Positions 1-11,650 of a stretch of 64,000 bases of DNA are shown here, piece by piece. The stretch lies in NCBI GenBank assembly GCA_051530055.1, contig CM121342.1, forward strand, positions 9,625,480-9,689,479. The letters run 5' to 3'. Numbering within the stretch: position 1 is the first letter of the stretch; the number at the start of each line of letters is the position of its first letter. The DNA comes from Neoechinorhynchus agilis (taxonomy: Eukaryota > Animalia > Acanthocephala). Under the pieces are notes generated by a model. That model was given only the letters and a program-made list of their open reading frames with translations, made no database searches and was not told where the DNA came from. A program made the translations under genes and the position numbers.

Positions 1-1
1 T

Positions 2-165
2 CAGGTTACAACCGGCGATGCAAGGTCAGGTCAATCAATACCTGGCAGCTGCATGTGGAGAATATGCAAACATAGAACGTACGGGTTCAAAATATCAGCA
101 TCGCCGTGTTGAGAGGCAACACTGCAAGCATTCGGGCGACAATTGAGGACGAGGACGGCGAATAA
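2..165 (+). mobile_element. 3' remnant of a CRE-type (restriction-like endonuclease) non-LTR retrotransposon
   Basis: Frameshifted peptides TTGDARSG and QNISIAVLRGNTASI match the family C-terminal motif (TGD.RA..FL.QRISIAIQRGNAAS) also seen at 33329-33883. Confidence 0.55.
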
Positions 166-320
166 TTATGCTTATATCTTTAAAATAAAATCTATCATTC
201 TTTAAAAAAGAATGGAAATTGGACGGAATGATTCAGCCGAAATAGGATGCCTTCTTTTTACCAAGTATAACTTTGGCAGTTTTTAGGCATGAGGGGTAGA
301 TGCATATAAAAAGCTGAGGT

Positions 321-1620
321 TTATAATGTGGGTAAGAGATGAGTTCGGGGTGATGCAACGAGGAGCCAGTTTGGGATTTCAGATTGAGAGGACGGTTTTT
401 TAGGTAATTTCATGAAATACTGTAGTACTTCATATGATGAAACTAAGGGGAGTATCGGCGAGTTGGCAGAAGTTTCAGGTGTGGGCGTGAAAGATTGTAT
501 GGTGACTGAGGTTGAGCAGTGATTGTAAATTAAGTCAGGGCAGAGGTTCTGATTAATGGAATCTAGAACCTGTTTTAATTCAGTGGAGAATAAATTAAGG
601 AAGGGATTCGGGTGGTGCAGACCAAGAGAGTTTTTGACGGCGCGCCACCATGTTGAGTTGCCACCTGATCGAATTTTAGGGGAAAGGAAGTTTTTGCGTA
701 CGATAAGCATTTTGTTAGTAAGTGCTTTTTGTAAACGGGGAGAGTCTGGAGAGTTATTGCGATGGGCCTTAGAAGCTTGTCATTGTAGAAGTTTTAAAAT
801 AAGGGTTATCCATGCAGGGTTGCGGTTGGAGATCCTAATGAGTTTCTTGGGAATTGCCGAAGCAAGGCATTTTCTATGATTGAGGTTAGGGAGTACATGG
901 CCAAGGAAGGGTCATTTGTGTTGTCAGAGTGGGATGTGCGGATGTTAGAGTTGAATAATTTTATAAAATTTTGGATGTGATGATCACGTTTATCTCAGAC
1001 GTGTAAACGGGGAGATTTTATAGGCTGAGGTGGGGTGGCGGGAGTGATAAGGGCATAGGAATGGTCAGAATTCGCGGGGGGAGGGAGTTTAGAGGCGGAT
1101 GAGTAGGTGTCGATATTTGTGAACACTTTGTCGGGTTCAGCGTCAAGATGAGTTGGGAAGTCAATTAGTTGACGCAATTCGGAGAAGGGTAGAGGAGGAA
1201 ATAGATTATTGAAGTCTTCTACAATTAAGAAATGGTGCAAATTTGTGGAGTTTATGAGCTCCATCATAGAGTCAATTTGAAGCGAGGAGGACTCAGGTCG
1301 AGATGCTGGAGGGTGATAGACGCCAGCAATGGTGAATTCCCTAAGGCCGTTTCTCAGAGGAGCTATGAAATGGACTGCGATAAATTCTAAATCGGGGTTT
1401 CGCAGAGAGCCTGTGAGAGATAAAGAGTAAGGTAGCGATTGCCGTACGTAAATTGAGACCCCCTCCTGGACGGTCATAACGGTAGGGAAGGAAGAGTACC
1501 CGGGAAGGATGGCTGACTCGCTGTTGAAGGGGGTAAGCCACGTTTCTGTTAAGATGACTGACATAGGGTATTTGGATCGATAATGCGCGACCGGTAAAAC
1601 GCGTGTTAACGGGTGCAAAC
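321..1620 (-). mobile_element. Degenerate LINE (family D) ORF2 N-terminus: APE endonuclease and linker
   Basis: ORF 995-1618 has VILTETWL, GVSIYVR, GVYHPP, IVEDFN, PTH..PDKVFTN and SDH, the ordered APE motifs. The linker continues in ORF 321-710. Confidence 0.8.
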
Positions 1621-1644
1621 ATAGTGTGGTGTGTTAGTGAGTTT
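1621..1644. repeat. 24-bp direct repeat, left copy (putative target-site duplication)
   Basis: ATAGTGTGGTGTGTTAGTGAGTTT, identical to 10058-10081. Confidence 0.85.
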
Positions 1645-2967
1645 GCTGCCATTCAAGAGCCGAAAGTAAGAATTGGCGGTAGAAAATGGTATCATTCTCT
1701 GGCTAGGCAGAGTCATTGTTCCAAACTCTTCGAAATAGCGTTCTATCCTATCTGCACACTGGTCACTCTGGGATATCAGGAATGAAGTCGTTAGCAAGAT
1801 ATCACATATGGTGACCTGGAATCGACGCAGATCTTGAAAAATTCGTGGGATTGTGCCTGATGTTAGACCTATCTCCATTCAGAATTCGTTTGTTTCCATA
1901 TACGAGCGAGTTCTGGCCAAAATTATAATGGATTTTTCTTTTAAACATCACCTTATTGATGAGCGCTGGCATGGTTTCCTCCCAGGGAAATCTGTTCATA
2001 CTGCAATTGCTCAAATAATAGATAACCTTTTTAGCCACCCCAAGTCAACAAACATGCTTATCTCTTTCGATATTTCTAAAGCTTTTGATAATATTGACAT
2101 TGCTTTTATGGTGAATAATTTAAGATTTTTTGTTTCCCTTTTAATATAATTGCTAGGGTGAACAACATCCTGAAATGTAAACGATTTTTCTTTGCAGATG
2201 ATCCATCAAGGTCTATATTCTATCAATCCAAGGGGTTCCTCAAGGCTCACCTTTATCACCCATCCTTTTTTGCTCGGCAACTCAATTTATGATTAAAAAT
2301 TGTAAGATTTGTCGTAGCGTCACTATGTACGCCGATGACCTTACTGTAGTTATCAAAGAGTTAAATTATATGAGAGCACGTGCGAAACTGGCTGCCGTGC
2401 TGAACTTTTTAAAATCCCACCTACCTCAAATGGGTCTCTCTTTGAATGAAAAGAAGACGAAATTTTTAATCAAATCTAAATCTCGAGTGGGTAAGAAGAA
2501 CACCCGGGATTATATCAAGGATTTTTTTGGGTTAGATTTCGACCCTGCTTATAAGAAGCTTGATATTTTAGGTTATACTTTCACTAATAACCTCTCGCCC
2601 GCCTCCGATATACACAAGATGAAAGAACTTTTAAGGACAGCCAGAGTTAAGGCGAGACGTGCCGCGCGTATTGGGCTTAGCGCCAAGATATGCAAAGTAG
2701 TATGGTGCTCTTGGGCTATTTCACTGCTAGTTTTTTTATTCCAGAGGAAGGCCCCCAGAACAACGCCTAAAATTCCGCTGTGTATTCTTGAAAATCCTGT
2801 TGAGACTACCCTTTGAGTGGATTTCCTCAGCAGACTGGGCCAACAAATCCATGCAGTGGATCGGATTGTGACTTTCAAAAACGGATATTAACTAGTATAG
2901 AATGTTGCTTCAGTTATTCAGCGACAACGTTCGATCCATGGTTTGCGTTTGCCGAATAAATTTTTTT
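1645..2967 (+). mobile_element. 5'-truncated, frameshifted LINE (family A): reverse transcriptase and 3' end
   Basis: VRPISI..ER, HGFLPGKS, DISKAFD, GVPQGSPLSPILF (about 2233-2270), MYADD. Ends GAATAAATTTTTTTAA. Confidence 0.9.
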
Positions 2968-3358
2968 AATCGTGGGATTTTTGAATTAGATTTCGACCCT
3001 GCTTATAAGAAGCTTGATATTTTAGGTTATACTTTCACTAATAACCTCTCGCCCGCCTCCGATATACACAAGATGAAAGAACTTTTAAGGACAGCCAGAG
3101 TTAAGGCGAGACGTGCCGCGCGTATTGGGCTTAGCGCCAAGATATGCAAAGTAATATGGTGCTCTTGGGCTATTTCAGGCCTAGTTTTTTATTCCAGAGG
3201 AAGGCCTCCAGAACAACGCCTAAAATTCCGCTGTGTATTCTTGAAAATCCTGTTGAGACTACCCTTTGAGTGGATTTCCTCAGCAGACTGGGTCAACAAA
3301 TCCATGCAGTGGATCGGATTGTGACTTTCAAAAACGGGTATTAACTAGTATAGAATGT
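2968..3358 (+). mobile_element. Tandem duplicate of the LINE-A 3' region
   Basis: Near-identical to about 2525-2905 (LDFDPAYKKLDILG...YSRGRPPEQ). Confidence 0.9.
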
Positions 3359-4315
3359 CACCTGTAATATATAATTCCAATGTTCACCTTCGGCAAATGG
3401 TCGGAACGGTATAACGTTTGCAAAACGAACCACATCCCTTCTTGCCATTTCCTCTAGCTTCCCTTTAAGCTCCTTAACTTCTTTTTCCTACTCCAACTGT
3501 TTTGAAGTGAGCAGTTCAATAATCCGCTGCTGCCTAGTGAACAAATTCTCTTTACCCCTGTCACCAGATATCACGATACCTTATAAACAACAACACCCAC
3601 ACTAACGTGTTGCCACACTACCACAAAATAATCAATGGCACACTCTACATACATCTGTCGTCACCGCATTATCGATAACCACATTTGCCGAGATCGAAAG
3701 TTTCGAGAACACCACCACTAATCAAACGTTTCATCTCTTCAAACACCTGCATACCTAGCGACATACTCACCCTTTGTGTTCAACATAACACTTTTGGGTT
3801 ATTATCTTCGGGGGAAACGATACTTTCTTTTAGTAGTCCTCCTCACCCGGATTTAATTTCATAGATTCCTACAAAATATCGGCAATAAATGTATGAATCT
3901 AAAAACCGGATGGAGATAACTACCAAAGGAAAGCAACACTTTTCTATTTCCAAAACTCGCCACTCAACAACACACAGTGCACTTACATCGATGCACTACA
4001 AGCATCAACCCGATCAATAACATACAAATCTGCACAGTTTTTAAAGAAGCAGTAGGGGAATTACTATAATCTCGTTCTGAGCAAATCGATTTCATTTTCG
4101 TCGTACTTTTAGGATACGCAAAAACGCTAATAAGCATCGCTTGTTTTGCTTCGGCTTATTTTTTTGTGATTTGGCAACATGCAAAATCCCGTTGATTTAA
4201 AACATTCGTTTCGTCATTTTAACGTGAACGATGGCACAATTGTAAAGTTATTCGTCAAATTTTTTTGTGACGGCACTATAATTATATCACGTCCCAACTT
4301 TTTTTCCTTTCGTAG

Positions 4316-5047
4316 ATGGCTTTCGTGAAAGAAGACGAGATTTATGGAGCGAAGTTGGCGGAACAGGCGGAGCGCTATGATGATATGGTCGCCACCATGA
4401 AAAAAGTTACTGAACAGTCCGCTACTGAGCTCAACAACGAAGAAAGTAATCTCCTTTCGGTTGCGTATAAAAACGCGGTGGGATCCCGCCGAGCATCATG
4501 GCGTATTATGACTTCCATTATGGAAAAGGAAAAAACGAAAAATTCCCAACGAAAATACAATATCACAAAAGAATACAGAGAATTGATTGAAAAAGAGCTC
4601 ATTGGTATTTGCAACGATCTGCTCGGTCTTCTTGAAAAACACTTGATTCCACGTGCCAGTACTCCTGAAAGCAAGGTTTTCTATTTGAAGATGCGTGGAG
4701 ATTACTTCCGATACATGACTGAATGCGCTCAGGGTGAGGAGCGCTCAAAAGTCGTCGAGGACTCTCTTAAAGCGTACACTGAAGCGTACGATTTCGCTAA
4801 AGAAAACATCGAGCCAACTCATCCAATTCGCCTTGGTGTCGCTCTAAACTTCAGTGTCTTTTATTATGAAATACAAAATGCGCCAGATCGAGCTTGTCAG
4901 TTGGCTAAGGAGGCATTTGATGATGCCGTTGCAGAATTAGACACTTTGAGTGAAGAGAATTACAAAGATTCGACTACTATCATGCAATTACTCCGGGACA
5001 ATCTTACTCTATGGACGGATGTCGAGGAAAACGAGGACAAAGCCTAG
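4316..5047 (+). CDS. 14-3-3 protein, 243 aa, CDS without introns
   Basis: [69 protein letters not shown]. Pyrimidine tract and AG directly before the ATG; AATAAA near 5109. Confidence 0.97.
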   Translation: MAFVKEDEIYGAKLAEQAERYDDMVATMKKVTEQSATELNNEESNLLSVAYKNAVGSRRASWRIMTSIMEKEKTKNSQRKYNITKEYRELIEKELIGICNDLLGLLEKHLIPRASTPESKVFYLKMRGDYFRYMTECAQGEERSKVVEDSLKAYTEAYDFAKENIEPTHPIRLGVALNFSVFYYEIQNAPDRACQLAKEAFDDAVAELDTLSEENYKDSTTIMQLLRDNLTLWTDVEENEDKA

Positions 5048-5304
5048 AATATGTTGTGGGCGCCGGGTAGATTGAACGGACAAAAGACATTAGATTTAGA
5101 TCTAACTAAATAAAACATATTTAGAAATCCTCATTTTTGGAATGTTGTTTTGGCATAAAGCTACAAACCCACAATATCATTTCCTCCATTTGACGAAAAT
5201 CATATCTGTCAAGAGTTATCTTTGAAAGAATCACATAGGTTGTGCATGTGGACATTGGTTGTGACTGTGCGTGGTGTTGGTTACGTCGAATAAAACATGA
5301 CATC

Positions 5305-5315
5305 TGGTGGCAGCG
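5305..5315 (+). promoter_or_regulatory. Primer-binding site complementary to tRNA-Leu 3' end
   Basis: TGGTGGCAGCG, 2 nt after the 5' LTR; the reverse complement CGCTGCCACCA is the 3' end of eukaryotic tRNA-Leu(AAG/TAG). Confidence 0.8.
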
Positions 5316-8300
5316 TTGGACAGATTTGGAAAATACTGGAGCAACAAGCGAAGATGATCGAGATGTTGACGAACAGACAGATCAAATATGAAGAGGATCA
5401 GGAAGCGCGAAATAGATCAATGATTTCTGAGACGGAGGTAGCGAATGTTAACATCACGCCGTTTCGCCAGTATGTGGAACAGGACGAAGAATGGAAAGAT
5501 TACACACTTCAGTTGGAACAACATTTCGAGTGGTGCCAAGTAAAGGAGTCAGCTTGTAAAAAATCATGCCTGCTGTCGTGGATCGGTGCAAAACCGTTCC
5601 GCCAATTGACCAAAGTCCTAACAAGAGACAAATTGAAGGATGTGTCCTACGAGCAGATAGTAGAGGCTATGGGGAAGCTAGCGGGAGCAGTCGAACATGA
5701 AGTAACGGCTAGATTCAAATTCGGTATGATAAAGATGAAAGAATATCAAACGTATGCGGAATGGATCGCAGAGTTAAAAGGTGCAGGCGAAAATTGCAAA
5801 TTCTATAAAGAAGAAACAAAAACGGAGGCTGATGCTTTATCCGAACGGATGCGCGATCATGTAGTGCTAAACACGCCGCACGATGCCGTCCGGAGAGCGG
5901 CGTTCCAAATCGAAAACCTTCAGGAGATAGCGTTCAGATACGAATCCACCTCAAAAGCTATAGAAATAATGCCGTCGAACAAAGCAGTAGAAGCCGAAAG
6001 AGCGATACTCGAAGTCAAAAAGCGAAACGACGAAGATAAGAACCGGAAGGGAGATTAGCTAGGTAGACGAGACACGCAAGGGATTTCTAACAAATGGAAA
6101 TGCCCTAAATGCGGGACAGGTCATGGAAGGAACCAAGAATGTCGAGCGCAGGGGTGCAAATGTTACAAGTGCGGAAAACTGGGTCATTTCGCGAGAAGGT
6201 TCCGCGACGATAGAGTTCATCGCGTTCAACGAGCAAGCGATTCACAATCGAGCTCAGAGGAATCGGAAGTGTTCGAGGTCAACATTATGGATCAGGGCAA
6301 GTCACAACAAACGTGGATAAAAACGAGAATCAACGGAATAAAAATCGATGTGTTGTTTAACACCGGTGCAAACGTCAGCATCATTTCAAATCTGGTCTGG
6401 GAAGCTATTGGAAGGTCTCAACTAAAGAAAGGAAAAAAATTGATCAGCTATAAAGGATCGGAAATCTCCAGCTTGGGAGAGTGATGTGTTGGTTACGATC
6501 GGAAGGACAAAAAAGATAGCAACAGTTACGGTTGTCGAGCGAACAGCTAAGTGCCTTTTTGGACTGCCATGGTGTAAGTACTTCAATGTAAGGCTTCTGC
6601 GAGAAGTGTATGTGACTACGATCAAAGCGGTGGGAATCCATGAAGGGCTGGACCGCTGCTTGAAATTACATGATAAATTATTCCAGCAAAAGACAGAACC
6701 GATTAGAAATATGGTAGTCAGATCGAATCTCAGTCGAACAGCGGAACCCATTTTCGCATCAGCATGAAGGATACCATTCGCATTGGAAGAACCTGCGAGG
6801 GAAGAAATTATGCGACTTGTTGATGGAGGAATCTTGGAGGCCGTAGATATGGCGCAAGAACAAGTAGAATGGGCAACACCGATTGTCGTCGTCCGGAAGT
6901 CAAATGGGAAGGTCCGTATCTGTGGCGACTTCAAAGTTACACTGAACAGGTTCCTGGCGGCTGATAGTTACAACATTCCGTGTTTGGAAGATGTGTCGAG
7001 GAAGCTATACGGGGGTCAGAAATACACAGTAATCGATTTATCGGACGCGTATCTTCAGTTAGAAGTCGATCAAACAACCAAGAACTTGCTAACAATCGCG
7101 ACTCCACGGGGATTATACCGTTACAAAAGGCTTCCTTTGGGAGTATCGTCAGCCCCAAAAATTTTCCAGAAGTTCATGGATCAGCTGTTGGATGGCGTAC
7201 CTTCAACCATAGCTTATTTGGACGATATTATCATCACAGGCGTTAACGACGAGGAGTATGTTCAAAACCTAAATACGGTGTTGACGAAGTTGGAAGAAGT
7301 CGGAATAAATGTTAGAAGAGAAAAATGTCAGTTCATTAAAAGAGTGGTTAAATATTTGGGGCATATGTTGGTTTATGGCAAGTTGTGTGCAAACAGCGAA
7401 AAAGTAGATGACTTACAAAGAGCAATGGAACCCGGGAACAAAAGAGAGCTGCGTGCGTTTTTGGGAACTGCGAACTTCCTGGATCGCTTTATTCCGAACT
7501 TTCAGGCGATCTGCGCACCCCTATATGATTTGATTAAGACAAAAGCTGTTTGGATATGGCGGAAGGAGCAGACAGCGGTGTTCGAGCGCGTCAAGGAAGC
7601 GATCGCGGATCACATTTCTTTAAAATTATATGACGAAAAGAAACCACTAATTTTGGCGTGCGATGCAAGTGATTATGGTATTGGAGCCGCCTTATTTCAG
7701 GCCGACGATCATGGACCCAGGGAAGCGCCAATCATGTTGACGTCACGAAAACTTAATACAACGGAAGTTCGATATGCTACCATAGACAAAGAAGCCTTAG
7801 CCATCGTGCACGCAATCAAACGTTTTCATAAATACCTTTAAGGACGCCATTTTGTGTTAGAAACTGATCACCAACCGTTAAAACACATATTCGGGTACCA
7901 GAGGGATATCCGCAAGATGACCTACGGAAGGTTAGTGCGTTGGGCCATAATGCTCAACGAATATAACTTCGATATAAGATACGTTAAAGGCAAAACAAAT
8001 TTGTATGCTGACTGCTTATCGAGGTTACCGAACGATCAGAAGAAATTTACTGTTAATTCAGTAGATGTAAAGTTACTAGCTGCAAATCACCAACAACGCG
8101 TTGAGGAGATACAGTTGTCGCGAAAAACGCTCGAGTTAGCAACTAAGCAGGATCGGACGTTCAAAAAGCTGCGGCAGCAATTGAAATACGGCTGGTCATC
8201 TAAAATGGACAGAGTTGATGATGCATACTGGAACCGGAGGGACGAATTGGCGGAGGAGAACGGCCTTATGTTATATCAACATAAGCTCGTTATTCCGAAA

Positions 8301-8517
8301 TGTTTGCGATTGAAGGTACTCGAAAACCTCCACAAGGGACACCCGGGAATTGAGTCGATGAAAAGACTCAGTAGACATGTTGTGTGGTTGCCACGAATTA
8401 AGGACGACATTGAAAGGTACATGGGAAGATGCACACATTATCAAAAATCGAGATCCGCGATGCCGAAAGAACCACTGTTCAGATGGGACACACCACACTG
8501 GGTGTGGAGCCGGTTAC

Positions 8518-8667
8518 TGTGATAGGTCGATTAACACGTTTTTAATCTATTGGTCGACTGGTCGATTAACACACGCTTAATCGATTTATCATGTAGGGTT
8601 AAAAATAGGTGTATGCGATTAAGTGTTGAATAAAACATGTCGCTAAAAAAAAGAATACAATGCGACA
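8518..8667 (+). mobile_element. 150-bp solo LTR inserted in the Gypsy integrase
   Basis: TGT...ACA ends, internal AATAAA, 5-bp TSD GTTAC (8513-8517 and 8668-8672). Removing it restores WSRLHLDLAGP. Confidence 0.9.
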
Positions 8668-9663
8668 GTTACATTTGGATTTGGCTGGCCCAATAAAGAA
8701 CAAGATGTTCCTGATTCTGGTTGATGCTACAAGCAAATGGGTGGAGATATGGAATTTGGGTGAAAAGTCGACTACATCGAATATCATATACAATCTTACA
8801 GATTGTTTTGCGAGGTTTGGCGTGCCCAATACAATCATCACGGACAACGGGCCTCAATTCAAATCGGAAGAGTTTGAGCAATTCTGTTCGAATAGAGGAA
8901 TCAAGCACGGTTCAACAAGTCCGTACCACCCGCAAACGAATGGCCTCGCGGAACGTATGGTGGGAACGTTCAAACGAAGGACCAAGAGCGACGATGGAAA
9001 GGTGACACAAGAAGAGCTTTGGGATTTTCTGTTGAGTTATCGGAATACGGAGAACAGTACGACAGGGATTTCGCCCGCGCGCGTTATGATGGGACGGCAA
9101 TTGCCCTCGATTTTCGATAATTTAAAAAATCACGAGTCAGTCGCGGAAAAGTATACGAGGGAAGATGACCATAAGAGGAAATTCAGGGAATTCGAGAAAG
9201 GACAAGCGATTTGGTTTAAAAGACCTATTGATCAGACGTGGAACGAAGGCGAGATAACGGATAGAAGCGGCCCTGTTTCATATACGATCGAAGATAGTAA
9301 TCAGAGAGAGCACAGGATTCACGGAGACTTTCTGAAGTACAGAGAAGAAGAAGCTGAATCCGGAAAAGAGGGAAAAGGGAATAAGATGGGAAACAGCTCA
9401 CCGATCGAAGACAAGCGAGACGAGAGGGAAAACGATCCAAAATTACAGAGATCGGAAGACGATCCATTATTAGAAAGATCCGAACCTGAACATACTATTG
9501 CTCTTTGAAGAAGTACACGTACCAGACGCCCGCCAGAAGGTTGGAGACGATGCGGGGGAGATGTCAAGAGTTATCCCTGAAAGAATCATATACGTAGTGC
9601 ATGTGAACATAGGTTGTGAACGTGTGTTGTTTTGGGGGGTGTTGCGTCGAATAAAACATGACA

Positions 9664-10057
9664 ACTTTCAATAATAACCTCTCGCCCGCGTCCGATATAC
9701 ACAAGGTGAAAAACCTTTTAAAGAGAGCCAGAGTTAAGGCGAGACGTGCCGCTCGTATTGGACTTAACGCCAAGATATGCAAAGTAATATGGTGCTCTTG
9801 GGCTATTTCAGGCCTAGTTTTTTATTCCAGAGGAAGGCCTCCAGAACAAGGCCTAAAATTCCGCTGTGTATTCTTGAAAATCCTGTTGAGACTACCCTTT
9901 GAGTGGATTTCCTCAGCAGACTGGGCCAACAAATCCATGCAGTGGATCGGATTGTAACTTCCAAAAACGGATATTAACTAGTATAGAATGTTGCTTTGGT
10001 TATTCAGCGACAACGTTCGATCCATGGTTTGCGTTTGCCGAATAAATTTTTTTAAAT
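9664..10057 (+). mobile_element. Third LINE-A 3' tail
   Basis: TFNNNLSP...YSRGRPPEQ...W. Begins abruptly after the Gypsy 3' LTR and ends GAATAAATTTTTTTAAAT. Confidence 0.9.
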
Positions 10058-10081
10058 ATAGTGTGGTGTGTTAGTGAGTTT
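10058..10081. repeat. 24-bp direct repeat, right copy
   Basis: Identical to 1621-1644 and directly follows the LINE-A 3' end. Confidence 0.85.
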
Positions 10082-11650
10082 ACGAGGGTATAATAAAAAA
10101 CATAACAATGGCTAAGTCGGCTGTTGAGGCTGATGAAATGAGTGAAATTTCATCTAGTTTAGGAAGGAGGCTACGAGTATTGGAGTAGAAAACGGTGGGG
10201 AAAGGAATTTTAGATTTCGGGAAATCGGGGGCGGATGTGAGAGACTGGGGTTGCGCTGTTCGTTGCGGGTGGTGAGTTATGTAAGGAATCGTTACGGGAT
10301 GCCGACAAAGAACGATTGATTATCCCAAAGAGAGAAGTCTGGGGGCGACTCGAAAATTTGAGTTGGGATGTGTGAATGGTAATGATAGAAATGATTTTAG
10401 GGTCAGGAATTTGCATGGATCAACTACGGTTATATGGGCCGATTTATGGTGATTTTGAGTAGGAGTAGAGAGATAATTGTTTACTTGATCCGGGACTAAA
10501 GAGATTATTTGATGAGGAAGGGCTGGGAGATTGACCTTTGTGGTTATTCGGGCGCCGGTGTAGTTGCACGTAATCAAAGAAACTGGGAAGTCGCTTATTC
10601 TTATATTTTCAGGATAGGGGATGTGTTCGCAGGTGTTTGCTAAAAGTGACGAGTTACATTGGGAGGATGAGTTCTGGGTTGAGTTTGGAGCGCCGGCGGA
10701 AGGATTTTGTGATGAGTTCTTATGTGGATAGATACGAAAAGAAGGTTGAAAAGTAAGGAGTTTGTATCTCCTGTTAAGAAAGAGGGAGGCTACGGCTGGT
10801 GAAATAAAAGTTACTTTGAGGAGACGTGGTCTCGGGTTAAAGAGATTTTTGGAGGGAATGCGCATAACAGTTGATGGGGGAGGAATAATAGGCTGATTTG
10901 GTGGTTGTTGTGTGCATCAGCGACGACAGGATCTGTAACAGGGGCTTGCGGCATACCAGAAGTAAAAATGGTGCGATTTCTATCCTCGATGGCGGAGTGC
11001 ATGATGCGATGAGTCGAATTCAGAGCAACGAGGGATGATAGTGGTGGTGGAGAAGGCGTATCACTACCGAAATGAATCGGATGGTTGATTGATTTTGATG
11101 GAGTTCCCCCTTTTGCTCTTGTTTCTACTCGTTCAGATGTTACTTGGACCTTTTGTTCGACCGTAGCTTTCTTAGTAATTACTTCAGCTGGATCGCCTTT
11201 TATCCAAGTCACAATATTAGACTCCTCGACAGTAATATTGGAATCATAATGTACTACAGGCTGAATATCATCTAAGGTTGGTACCAAGTCCCTAGTAAAA
11301 GTCGAAATATTCTCAGTCTTTAGAACACTATTCGTATCCAACAAATCTTCATTCGAGTTTAGCATACTGATGGAATCTAATAAAACCTTATTCTCCTTTG
11401 TGATACCTTTAGTATGTTTCTTAGAATTCACCTTTGAAACTTTTGCCTGCCTTTTTGAACCGTTAGCTTTCTTTGCACTTTTTGACTTCGATCAACTGTT
11501 CATTTTTGAGAGCTTCAATTTCGAACTGAATATCTTCCGCTAATACATCCTTAAGTGTGCTTATCACTTCAATTAATGAACCCTTTAGAGTTTCAGTAAC
11601 TCGTTCCAAGCACTTATTAAGTGCAACATTTTCGTTCACTGATCATTGAT
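10082..11650 (-). mobile_element. Degenerate ORF1 of LINE family D
   Basis: Coiled-coil-like N-terminus, then NRTIFTSGMP and RPRLLKVTF, typical of CR1/L2-group ORF1. Lies upstream, on the same strand, of the APE at 995-1618 once the cassette is removed. Confidence 0.6.

Larger units (their letters stand above)
5207..9663 (+). mobile_element. Decayed Ty3/Gypsy LTR retrotransposon, Mag-like
   Basis: LTRs 5207-5302 and 9562-9663 (TGTCA...TGACA); PBS 5305-5315; PPT GCGGGGGAGA before 9562. gag 5297-6058 plus double zinc knuckle after an in-frame stop; protease (NTG instead of DTG); RT YLDD; RNase H LACDAS; integrase D,D,E in 8660-9508. Several stops and frameshifts. Confidence 0.95.

Noticed and set aside
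3490-3790. C/A-rich segment resembling the LINE-D ORF1/ORF2 junction
   Set aside because: The similarity is too decayed to call by eye.
4316-5047. 14-3-3 as a processed retrocopy
   Set aside because: There is no poly(A) remnant or adjacent TSD, and an acceptor precedes the ATG. Other host CDS here are also intron-poor.
6422-9782. Many 60-170-aa alternative-frame and antisense ORFs in the Gypsy element, and similar ones in other TEs and genes
   Set aside because: They are shadows of the real coding frames and carry no independent motifs.
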